In this document: piece after piece, positions 40,235-48,892 of the stretch
How positions within the stretch are numbered: the stretch's first letter is position 1
How the letters are laid out: each line of letters begins with the position of its first letter
Source of the DNA: a virus
Direction: 5' to 3' (one strand)
IMG/VR virus record: IMGVR_UViG_3300026189_000002
Span: 49,063-113,062 of that record
Length of the DNA stretch: 64,000 nt
Translations under genes and position numbers: made by a program
Notes under the pieces: model-generated
Database searches by the model: none
What the model was told of the DNA's origin: nothing
What the model saw: the letters and a program-made list of their open reading frames with translations, nothing else

Positions 40235-43200
40235 ATGAAAAATAAACCGAACAGATTCTTTGGATTACACGCACATTCAGGGTTTAGTACTTTTGATGGT
40301 CTAGGGTATCCAAATGAGCACATGGACTTTTGTTTGCAAAACGGCTTAGATGGCTGGGCTTTAACAGACCACGGCCACATGAACGGTTTTGGTTATGCTC
40401 AATTACACGCAGACAAACTTAAGTCAAAAGGCGTAAATTTTAAGTTTATTCCAGGTTGCGAAATGTATGTTCATCCATCTTTGGAAACTTGGCAAATAGA
40501 TTATGATTTAAGGGCTGCAAGAAAACGCGGGGATTCTCAAGCAGAAAAAATTCTTTTAGAGCAAAGAGAGCAGATAATTACTCCTATTCACGCAGTTACA
40601 GATGGAGACGATGAGGTTTTAGACGTAGGTTTAGATGAGGCTTCTCTTACTGTTGAAAACGAAGAAGAAACAAAGTCAGCAAAGTTTTATGACCCTATTA
40701 AAAGAAGGCATCACTTAGTTGTTCTTCCAAAAACTAGTATCGGATTACAAAGGCTTTTTTCTTTAGTATCTAAAGGCTATACTGATGGCTTCTATAGGTT
40801 TCCAAGAGTGGACTACAAAATGCTTAAAGAGGCGGCTTCTGGAGGCCATCTAATGGTTTCTACGGCATGCTTAGGCGGACCTCTTTCTTATGAAGTATTT
40901 AGGTTTTTGCAAAATATAGAATTTGATAATCTAAGCCAAGATTTGTTAAACGACGAGTCTATTTCTAAAAAGATAATTGAGTCAATATCTAACTCGTATG
41001 ACGATTTATCTTTTGCTATGGGAAAAGATAATGTTTTCTTAGAGTTACAATTTAACAAACTGCCTGCGCAACATTTGGTCAATAGAGCGATAATAGAGTT
41101 TTCTAGAAAACACGGACTAACAGATAAGCTTGTAGTGACTTGCGATTCTCATTATTCTAGTCCGGACCACTGGAAAGAAAGAGAGATATATAAAAAGCTA
41201 GGATGGCTAAACTACAAAGATTTTGATCCTTCTTCTCTACCTTCATCTCGTGATGAATTAAAGTGTGAGCTTTATCCTAAAAACGCTGATCAAGTTTGGG
41301 ATTCTTTTTTAGAAACCACAGAAGATATGGATTTTTATGACGAACAAGAAATTATTTCTGCTATAGAGAGAACACACGACGTAGCTCATGACCTTATAGG
41401 AGAAATATCTCCAGATCGTTCAATGAAGCTACCTTCATATGTTATACCTAAAGACACTACGGCTGATCAAGCCCTAGTTGATATGTGCAAAAAAGCTTTA
41501 GTAGAAAAAGGGTTTAATAAAAATAGCGAGTATGTAGAAAGAACAATAAGCGAACTAAAGGTCATAAAGCAAAAAAAGTTTTCCGAATATTTTCTGACTA
41601 TGAAGAAAATAATCGACGTTGCTTGGAAAAAAATGATTGTAGGCCCGGGCAGAGGTTCTGGCGCTGGTTCTTTAGTAAACTATCTTTTAGGCATAACTAA
41701 CATCGACCCGATAAAATATGATTTGTTATTTGAAAGATTTCTTGACCCACTGCGTACTGAGTATCCGGATATAGATACCGACGTCGCGGATAGAGATGAG
41801 TTAATCGCTCTACTTAGAGACGAGTTTGGAAAAAACAACGTAGTACCCATATCAAACTATAATACCTTTAAGTTAAAGTCCCTGATAAAAGATGTGTCTA
41901 GATTTTACGGAATACCATTTCAAGAAGTCAATAAAGCTATTTCTTCTCTAGAGAGAGACGTAAACAATGGAAGAAGAAGAGATAAAGTTTCAGACGCTAC
42001 TTTTGATATTCAGCTTGAAGAGGCGCTAAAGTATTCTTCTAGTACAAGAGAATATCTAGAAAAATATCCAGAAATTTTAGAGCCTATTGGCGTTCTTTTT
42101 AAGCAAAACAAAAACCTAGGTAGGCACGCTGGGGGCGTTATAGTTTCTGAAAACATAGAAGACAGAATGCCTTTGATACTAGCCAAGGGAGAGCTACAAA
42201 CTCCTTGGATAGAAGGCATGACCGCTAAGCACCTTGAAACTTTTGGTTGGGTAAAATTTGACCTTTTAGGATTAGAGACTCTAAGAATAATAGAGAGCAC
42301 GATTAAATTGATACTGATGAAGTCAGGTGTTAGTGATCCTACTTTTGAAGACATAAAGAAGTGGTATAATGATAATCTAGATCCTTCTACAATGGACTTA
42401 AGTGACCAAAGCGTCTATGAAAACATTTATCACTCAGGTAGGTTTGCTGGTGTATTTCAATGTACACAAAAAGGTGCTCAAAAGCTTTTTACAAACGCAA
42501 AGCCTAATTCCATTATTGATATAGCTACGCTAACGTCAATATACAGGCCAGGACCTCTTAGCGCTAAAGTAGACAAGATATACATTGGAGCAAAAAAAGA
42601 TCCATCAAGCGTCGATTATGGCCATCCTTTGATTAAACAAGTTCTAGAGCCGACGTACGGCTGCATAGTTTTTCAGGAGCAAGCTATGCAACTGTGCCAC
42701 GTCGTTGCAGGAATACCTAAGCTAGAATTAAATAAGATAAGAAAAATGATGAAGCCTGGCGGAAACAGTGACGAAAACGTCGAGAAAGCTATGGCGCTAA
42801 AGGAAAGGTTTATTACAGGTGCTGTAGAAAATGGTGTAGAAAAAAACACTGCTGAACGCTTATATGAAAAAATACTTTACTTTTCCGGCTACGGTTTTAA
42901 TGCTAGCCACGCTGTTTCTTATGCAATTATATCTTACTATTGTGCCTGGTTTTTAACTCACTATGAAAAAGAATGGATAACTGCATACCTAGAGTCTTCT
43001 TCTGGCAACCCAAAGAAATTATCAAAGGCCATATCGGAAGCTAAAGGCTTAGGCTACAAAATATCTCGCATCGATATAAATCTTTCTGACAGAATGTGGA
43101 CTTGCACAGACGACAAAGTTTTAGTACCTTCTTTCTCTTCATGTAAAGGTATAGGTGATGCGGCTGTACAAGAAATATTGTCGCAAAGGCCTTATACCAG

Positions 43201-43825
43201 CGTAGAAGATTTATTTTGGAATAAAGACGGCTCGTGGAAACATTCTAAGTTAAACAAAAGGGCGATATCAGTTTTATTGCAACTAAGAGCTTTTGACTCT
43301 ATCGAATGGAAAAGTATGTTTAACTCGTATAAACACTTTCACGACGTTGTAATAGAGAATTGGAACGATATTAAAAAGAGCACTAAGAGAGACCCGGAAA
43401 AAGGCAAAAACTTTCTTAAGTCTTTTCTTTTAGAAAACAACACCTCTACAGAATGGACAATGCAAGAGTTAGCAGAAAATAGCATGGCTTTGTTAGGAAC
43501 TGTTAATGTAGAGATGATAATGCCGGATAATCTTCTAGATAGGCTTTCTGAAAAAGGCGTGTATTCTATAGACGAGTGGTCTGGAGAAAATATTCACTGG
43601 ATGCTATTGACCGATTACATCTCTAAAAAAACAAAGAAAAACAAGCCTTATTTTATACTAACTGGAATGGGAACTTCCGGAAAAAAGCATAAGATATTTT
43701 GCTGGAATCCTCCCGCTGATAAAAAACCTAGTAAGTACAAAGTTTTTGCAGTACAATTGCAAAGCGGCGATTACGGTTTTTCTACAACTTGGAGCAAACT
43801 TATGGAACTACGTCAAGGTAGTTAA
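40235..43825 (+). CDS. dnaE: DNA polymerase III alpha subunit (family C)
   Basis: PHP 'LHAHSGFSTFDG', 'LTDHG', 'TCDSHY'; 'GPGRGSGAGSLV', catalytic 'PDIDTD', 'RHAGG', 'KFDLLGL', 'YGFNASH'. Confidence 0.96.
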   Translation: MKNKPNRFFGLHAHSGFSTFDGLGYPNEHMDFCLQNGLDGWALTDHGHMNGFGYAQLHADKLKSKGVNFKFIPGCEMYVHPSLETWQIDYDLRAARKRGDSQAEKILLEQREQIITPIHAVTDGDDEVLDVGLDEASLTVENEEETKSAKFYDPIKRRHHLVVLPKTSIGLQRLFSLVSKGYTDGFYRFPRVDYKMLKEAASGGHLMVSTACLGGPLSYEVFRFLQNIEFDNLSQDLLNDESISKKIIESISNSYDDLSFAMGKDNVFLELQFNKLPAQHLVNRAIIEFSRKHGLTDKLVVTCDSHYSSPDHWKEREIYKKLGWLNYKDFDPSSLPSSRDELKCELYPKNADQVWDSFLETTEDMDFYDEQEIISAIERTHDVAHDLIGEISPDRSMKLPSYVIPKDTTADQALVDMCKKALVEKGFNKNSEYVERTISELKVIKQKKFSEYFLTMKKIIDVAWKKMIVGPGRGSGAGSLVNYLLGITNIDPIKYDLLFERFLDPLRTEYPDIDTDVADRDELIALLRDEFGKNNVVPISNYNTFKLKSLIKDVSRFYGIPFQEVNKAISSLERDVNNGRRRDKVSDATFDIQLEEALKYSSSTREYLEKYPEILEPIGVLFKQNKNLGRHAGGVIVSENIEDRMPLILAKGELQTPWIEGMTAKHLETFGWVKFDLLGLETLRIIESTIKLILMKSGVSDPTFEDIKKWYNDNLDPSTMDLSDQSVYENIYHSGRFAGVFQCTQKGAQKLFTNAKPNSIIDIATLTSIYRPGPLSAKVDKIYIGAKKDPSSVDYGHPLIKQVLEPTYGCIVFQEQAMQLCHVVAGIPKLELNKIRKMMKPGGNSDENVEKAMALKERFITGAVENGVEKNTAERLYEKILYFSGYGFNASHAVSYAIISYYCAWFLTHYEKEWITAYLESSSGNPKKLSKAISEAKGLGYKISRIDINLSDRMWTCTDDKVLVPSFSSCKGIGDAAVQEILSQRPYTSVEDLFWNKDGSWKHSKLNKRAISVLLQLRAFDSIEWKSMFNSYKHFHDVVIENWNDIKKSTKRDPEKGKNFLKSFLLENNTSTEWTMQELAENSMALLGTVNVEMIMPDNLLDRLSEKGVYSIDEWSGENIHWMLLTDYISKKTKKNKPYFILTGMGTSGKKHKIFCWNPPADKKPSKYKVFAVQLQSGDYGFSTTWSKLMELRQGS

Positions 43826-43835
43826 GGAGATTATT

Positions 43836-44657
43836 TTGAAAAAATTTAAAAGCTTGCAAGATGTTTTTCTAAACTACTGTAAAAACATCACAAAAGCGCC
43901 TTTAGTAAATAGCAGAGGTTCTACTCAAAGAGAACTGTTGTTTGAATCGTTTGAAATAACAGACCCTACTGCAATAGACATAAAAGTAGATGATAGAAAG
44001 TTTTCTACAAATTATGCCTTAACCGAATGGCTATGGTATCTTTCTTGCGATAGAAACGTAAACAACATAGGTAAAATGGCAAAAATATGGAATCAGATAT
44101 CTGACGAAAAAGGTGAAGTAGAGTCAAACTATGGAACCTACATAGCTCCTCAATGGTCTTGGATATTAGGAGAGTTAACTGACGATAGAGACTCTAGAAG
44201 AGCAACCATAGTAATAAACCAAGTTCATCATAAGTTTTCTAACGAAAAAGACTATCCTTGTACCCAGTACATACAATTCTTCATAAGAGAAAATAAGCTT
44301 CACATGGGTGTAAACATGAGATCCAACGATTTAATTTTTGGATTGTGTAACGACGTTTTTACATTTTGTCTTTTTCAACAGCTAATGTTAAATGATTTAA
44401 ATGACAGGGGCGCAGAGTTGGAGCTAGGAAGTTATTTTCATCATGCTGGAAGTCTTCACGTTTACGAGAGGCATTTTAGTATGGTTTCTGGTATTAATTC
44501 AAAAAATCACAGTAGCGAAGAGTGCAATAAATTTGAGCTTTCTTCGGGAATAACAATGTCTGGGTGCCCAGTCTTGCCTCAAATGGATATGCCCAAGCAG
44601 GAAATGCAAAAATATACTAAGAGCGTAAAGGAGAAAATATTCCGTGAATATTCTTGA
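43836..44657 (+). CDS. Thymidylate-synthase-fold enzyme, predicted dCMP hydroxymethylase-like (T4 gp42 type)
   Basis: TTG start after AAGGAG; 'DSRRA', 'DYPCT', 'MRSNDLIFGLCND' (Asp at the E. coli ThyA Asn177-equivalent position), 'GSLHVYERH'. Confidence 0.8.
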   Translation: MKKFKSLQDVFLNYCKNITKAPLVNSRGSTQRELLFESFEITDPTAIDIKVDDRKFSTNYALTEWLWYLSCDRNVNNIGKMAKIWNQISDEKGEVESNYGTYIAPQWSWILGELTDDRDSRRATIVINQVHHKFSNEKDYPCTQYIQFFIRENKLHMGVNMRSNDLIFGLCNDVFTFCLFQQLMLNDLNDRGAELELGSYFHHAGSLHVYERHFSMVSGINSKNHSSEECNKFELSSGITMSGCPVLPQMDMPKQEMQKYTKSVKEKIFREYS

Positions 44658-44910
44658 AGAAGCAAACTCAATAGTAAACCAGAGGTCAGAAGAAAAAGAA
44701 AGGCAGTATGGTCCTTTTAGCGAAGGAATGAAAAGGGCAGCTTCAATAGCTTCAGGCATGTCGGGAAAAGATGTTGATGCAAACGATATGTACATTGCTT
44801 TAGTAGCTTTAAAGCTTAGTCGTCAAAGCTATCATTTTAAAGATGATAATTTACTGGACGCTGTGGCCTATTTAGGAGCTTGGCACAATTTTATAAAGGA
44901 TGAAAAATGA
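44644..44910 (+). CDS. DUF6378-like small helical protein (nucleotide-modification associated)
   Basis: 'ILEEA..IV..R....RQYG', 'LVALKLSR....FK.DNLLDAVAY'. Confidence 0.65.
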   Translation: MNILEEANSIVNQRSEEKERQYGPFSEGMKRAASIASGMSGKDVDANDMYIALVALKLSRQSYHFKDDNLLDAVAYLGAWHNFIKDEK

Positions 44911-45344
44911 AAATTTGTAAAACAAGAGAAGTAAAAACGCCGAACAGAGGAACCCCGGAGTCTGCAGGTATAGACTTTTTTGTTCCTGACGATTTTGAAA
45001 AGTCAGAAATACAACCCGGCCAAGCTATATTTGTACCCAGCGGAATAAAAGCTGATGTTCCTAAGTCGCACGCCCTGATTGCTTTTAATAAAAGCGGAGT
45101 AGCCCTAAGGAAAAATTTAGCAGTAGGAGCTTGCGTAGTAGATGAAGATTACCAGGGAGAAATACACCTACATCTTTATAATTTTGGAACTGAACCTGCA
45201 ACTGTATCGCCAGGAGAAAAGCTTGTTCAAATGGTGTTAGTACCCGTATCTTATGGAGACGTAGAAGTAGTAAACGAAGAATCTCTCTTTCAGCAAGAGT
45301 CCGAAAGAGGATCAGGCGGATTTGGCAGTACTGGAATTTTCTAA
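44907..45344 (+). CDS. dut: Trimeric dUTPase (variant motifs)
   Basis: 'SAGIDF', 'NKSG', 'VVDEDYQGEI', 'ERGSGGFGSTG'. Confidence 0.88.
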   Translation: MKICKTREVKTPNRGTPESAGIDFFVPDDFEKSEIQPGQAIFVPSGIKADVPKSHALIAFNKSGVALRKNLAVGACVVDEDYQGEIHLHLYNFGTEPATVSPGEKLVQMVLVPVSYGDVEVVNEESLFQQESERGSGGFGSTGIF

Positions 45345-46348
45345 TGTCTTTAGTTATTAGTCCAATAACAAATCACGCAAATAGAGACCACAGCCATAGA
45401 ACGGGCTGGGGAAGAATGTGGGCTGCATCTTTAAATAGCAAGCTAGGCTTTAATAAAGACTGGACTAAAGAAGACAAGGTTTATTTAGAACACGGAATGG
45501 AATTTAACGCTAAGTCTAAGGGTGTAAACGTATTTCTAAAAGAACCAAAGTCGTGGGATAAACTAGCTGAAAAAGCTAAAATGTTATCTAACTTTAATGG
45601 AGAATTATACTCTTTAGATATAGACTGTCCGGACTATGGAGAAAGACTAAAGACAAGAGTTAGGCCTCATTCTACAGACAACTATAAAAATTTAGATTTT
45701 GATAAAATATCAGCAGTTTGTAAGAAAGCTAAAACAATTAGGCAAAAAGATTTAAACAAAAAAGGCTTGGTTTTAGGCGATTCTCACTCTTTATCTGCCT
45801 GGAGAAAAGATGCGCATCTTTGTAGAAATGATGGACAGACTTTAAATGGAGCAATCAATAAGGGTTTTGATTTATGGATAGACGATTTTAAAAAAACTAA
45901 TTTAAATTTTATTAGAACCTATTTTGGAAATATTGATATAAGGCATCACATCTGTAGAATATCAACAGGACAAAAAGAGCAGTTATCGACTGTAAGCAGT
46001 CTTGTTTCTAGATATTTTAATGAACTAAATAGAGTTAAAGAAAAATACAGCCTTGACTTAATAGAAGTTGTGGCTGTTTTGCCTATAGAAAATATATCTA
46101 GAAAGCTTCCTAAAACTGGATACTATAAAGGAAAACCATATTGGGGATCTTGGGAGGAAAGAAACAGAGTGCATATTCATTTTAATGAAGAGTGCGAAAA
46201 ACTTTGTTTAAAAAATGGTTTTAGTTTTATAAAATGGCCTAACAGTTTTTACAACGAAAAACTAGAAATGGGATTTGAAAACATGGAAAAGCCTAGGTCA
46301 GTTCATGTTAGTCCTAAAAAATATATGTGGGAGGCATTTAGTGACTAA
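45344..46348 (+). CDS. SGNH/GDSL-fold protein with N-terminal extra domain
   Basis: Block I 'LVLGDSH', block III-like 'YFGNIDIR', block V-like 'PRSVH'. Confidence 0.6.
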   Translation: MSLVISPITNHANRDHSHRTGWGRMWAASLNSKLGFNKDWTKEDKVYLEHGMEFNAKSKGVNVFLKEPKSWDKLAEKAKMLSNFNGELYSLDIDCPDYGERLKTRVRPHSTDNYKNLDFDKISAVCKKAKTIRQKDLNKKGLVLGDSHSLSAWRKDAHLCRNDGQTLNGAINKGFDLWIDDFKKTNLNFIRTYFGNIDIRHHICRISTGQKEQLSTVSSLVSRYFNELNRVKEKYSLDLIEVVAVLPIENISRKLPKTGYYKGKPYWGSWEERNRVHIHFNEECEKLCLKNGFSFIKWPNSFYNEKLEMGFENMEKPRSVHVSPKKYMWEAFSD

Positions 46349-47387
46349 AATAACAACAAATTTATATTTTGAAGATTTTTTAAGATATTACGAACTTGCA
46401 AAAAAAGTTCAGAACGAATGCAACCTAGGCGGTAAACCTTACGTAGGTTCATGCGGTGACGACTTAATTGAGAATGTTACGATATACGATACTGTAGAAA
46501 GAAGGCACGCTGGCTTTCAAAATATGCTTCAGGATATATGGCTAGGATCTAAGGCTCCAAAGTTTTATAAGTGGGACGAGGAACATAAAAAAAGAAATAA
46601 AACGTATGACAACCTTCATGAAAGATTTAGTAAATACGAGTGGTTGTTCTTATTCGTTCTTCACAGAATAACAGGATCAGGCGCTTCTTTTGAATCTGAT
46701 CACGGATATAGAAACACAGCTATTCCTGATTTAGTTGGTCAAAAATCGTATTATATGATGATGAATACAGTAAGGTATTATCCAAAACCTATGTATACTA
46801 GCATAGGAAACCAAATACCTGCATTTCCAAAGCCTTCAATGGGATATCAAACAGGAGGAAAATTTTGGTGGGGCCAGCATTCTATTAATTTGGTAGACGA
46901 TGTTTGGAAATTTATAGATGGCATAAATTCGTCAGGAAAAAAAGCCAGCATAAGAGAAATAGTTGATTTTATGTGCGAATGGAATAAAGAACGCGGTATG
47001 AAAAGGTTTCATTTTCAATATACTGCTATTGCTGCAGACTTAGCGGATTATTATCCGGATATTGTTGATGAAACTAGTCACATGTATTATGGAAAAAACG
47101 CAAAGGAAGCCATGGATCTTTTTGCAGAAAAGCCTAAGAGCGTAAATAAAAACGATTTCTATGATTTAGTAATGGAAGAATCTAAAAAGAAAACTGGCGG
47201 ACTTCCCAAAGACTTGGAAGACGTTATGTGCGACTATATAAGGTATGTTGAAAACTATATACCGGATAACAAGCAAAAAACCTATTCGCACCTAGATAGA
47301 ACAAAAGTTTGGAATACTAGTCTAATAAAAAATCACCCTAAAGGACGTCAAAAGTGGATGCTGAACACACCAGAGTGGAAATGGTAG
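46341..47387 (+). CDS. aGPT-Pplase / amino acid:DNA transferase superfamily protein (DNA base hypermodification)
   Basis: GTG start after GGAGG; 'DDLI....YDTVERR', 'FQYTAIAADL..Y', 'YGKNAKEA', 'DLEDVMCDYIRY' parallel the aGPT-Pplase F.AY.I..DL / GPGA..G / E..LCE..KY motifs. Confidence 0.6.
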   Translation: MTKITTNLYFEDFLRYYELAKKVQNECNLGGKPYVGSCGDDLIENVTIYDTVERRHAGFQNMLQDIWLGSKAPKFYKWDEEHKKRNKTYDNLHERFSKYEWLFLFVLHRITGSGASFESDHGYRNTAIPDLVGQKSYYMMMNTVRYYPKPMYTSIGNQIPAFPKPSMGYQTGGKFWWGQHSINLVDDVWKFIDGINSSGKKASIREIVDFMCEWNKERGMKRFHFQYTAIAADLADYYPDIVDETSHMYYGKNAKEAMDLFAEKPKSVNKNDFYDLVMEESKKKTGGLPKDLEDVMCDYIRYVENYIPDNKQKTYSHLDRTKVWNTSLIKNHPKGRQKWMLNTPEWKW

Positions 47388-47396
47388 GTTTATCAC

Positions 47397-48275
47397 ATGG
47401 CACATAATAATCACGTAATAGATGGAATTAATAAAGATTTATCTATAAGAAGTAGATCTGAATGGTTAAAAATTACCGAAAACTGGAAAGATCCTTATGG
47501 AATTCCGGAGGTCTCAGTTCACGATGGAGTTCACGTAGTCAGAGACGATTATATGGTCGGTTCAAAATGTCGATTTGCAGACCTTCTGATGAAAAATACT
47601 AAAGAAGATACCTTAGTTTATGTACAACCTAGATTTGGATTAGCTGGACCTTCTATACTTGAAGCTGCTAGCAGGTATAATAAAAAAGTGGTATTGTTTA
47701 TGCCTTCATCCAAAAAAGTTTCTCATCACCAAGCAGTGTGTATAGAAAGAGGGGCTGAGGTAAAATTTAGAAGAATAGCAGCCATGCCGGTTTTAAATAA
47801 ATACGCAAGAGAATGGGCAGAAGAAAATGGGGCATCTTTTATTCCGCTGGGCTTAAAACACGAATTAGTAACAGCTTGTGCAGTAAGAGTGGTTGAAAAC
47901 TTGAGGCAAAAGCATGGAATGCCAGGACACGTCTGGTTTGCAATATCTACCGGCGTATTAGGTAGATCGTTACAAATAGGTTGGGATAAATCTAAGCATC
48001 ATGCCGTAGCAGTGTCTAGAAATTTAAAGTCTGGTGAGCTAGGATCTGCCTCCGTAGTATCAGACCCTAAATCTTTTACGGCAAAAGAAAACAAGGACGA
48101 TCTTCCTCCTTTTCCAACTGTTTCTAATTACGATGGAAAAGTTTGGAAGTATATTCCTAAAGGCAGGCTAGAAGAAAATCACTGGATGTGGAATGTTGGA
48201 AAAGAGCCTGAATTAATTAACCAGTCCATATATGATGAAGTTGATAGCTATAGAGACTGGGGAGAAGTAAGATAA
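47397..48275 (+). CDS. Fold-type II PLP-dependent enzyme (ACC deaminase / D-cysteine desulfhydrase-like; putative DNA-base tailoring enzyme)
   Basis: 'VRDD..VGSKCR' with Schiff-base Lys (codon 47565), 'FIPLG', 'AISTG', 'YDGKVW'. Confidence 0.75.
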   Translation: MAHNNHVIDGINKDLSIRSRSEWLKITENWKDPYGIPEVSVHDGVHVVRDDYMVGSKCRFADLLMKNTKEDTLVYVQPRFGLAGPSILEAASRYNKKVVLFMPSSKKVSHHQAVCIERGAEVKFRRIAAMPVLNKYAREWAEENGASFIPLGLKHELVTACAVRVVENLRQKHGMPGHVWFAISTGVLGRSLQIGWDKSKHHAVAVSRNLKSGELGSASVVSDPKSFTAKENKDDLPPFPTVSNYDGKVWKYIPKGRLEENHWMWNVGKEPELINQSIYDEVDSYRDWGEVR

Positions 48276-48331
48276 TTTTAAAAAAATGCTTGACGGCTAA
48301 TAAAATTATCTAGTTATATTGGATTTTTATT

Positions 48332-48892
48332 ATGTATGAACCACAATTAAGAATTTATACCGGTCCAATGTTTGGATCTAAGACTACAAAAATGCTAGCT
48401 TTTTTAGAAAGGTGCTCTTATCAATCTAGAAAAGTTGTTGCTTTTAAACCCAAAATAGACGAAAGGTATTCAGAGGGTGAAATATGCACCCATTTTGGAA
48501 TGAAATTTCCGGCTATAAATGTCAATTCAGGCTCTGATATAATAAGAGAATCTTCAGGTTTTGATGTCATAGGTATTGACGAGGCTTTTATGATAGATGA
48601 ATGTTCTGATGCCGTTTTAAATATTTTAAAGCAGGGTAAAACAATAGCAGTTTCTTCAATACAAATATCTGCGAATGGTAATCCTTTCGATGAAATAAAA
48701 AATATGCTTCCTTGGGCTACCCACATAGAAGTTTGCCCCGCAGTTTGTCCTGTTACAGGAAAAGATGCCTATTATACCGTTAGCAAAGTAAGTAGCCTCT
48801 CAGAAATAGAAGTCGGCGGAGCTGATATTTATGAACCCAGGGCTTGGACGCATACGCCCTTTATGAACCATAAATACGGGAGTAATTTATGA
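48332..48892 (+). CDS. tdk: Thymidine kinase (type II), divergent
   Basis: 'GPMFGSKTT', 'KPKIDERY', 'IGIDEA', 'EVGG...YEP'. Confidence 0.8.
   Translation: MYEPQLRIYTGPMFGSKTTKMLAFLERCSYQSRKVVAFKPKIDERYSEGEICTHFGMKFPAINVNSGSDIIRESSGFDVIGIDEAFMIDECSDAVLNILKQGKTIAVSSIQISANGNPFDEIKNMLPWATHIEVCPAVCPVTGKDAYYTVSKVSSLSEIEVGGADIYEPRAWTHTPFMNHKYGSNL

Noticed and set aside
43746-43835. Upstream starts given by the ORF track (43746, 46275, 29453, 32407, 53329)
   Set aside because: Most overlap the previous gene; downstream starts with SD sequences (43836, 46341, 29480, 32422, 53368) are more plausible
43836-44657. Ordinary thyA, or dUMP hydroxymethylase for an hmU genome
   Set aside because: Asp at the specificity position and the presence of ThyX/TK for dTTP supply argue against both
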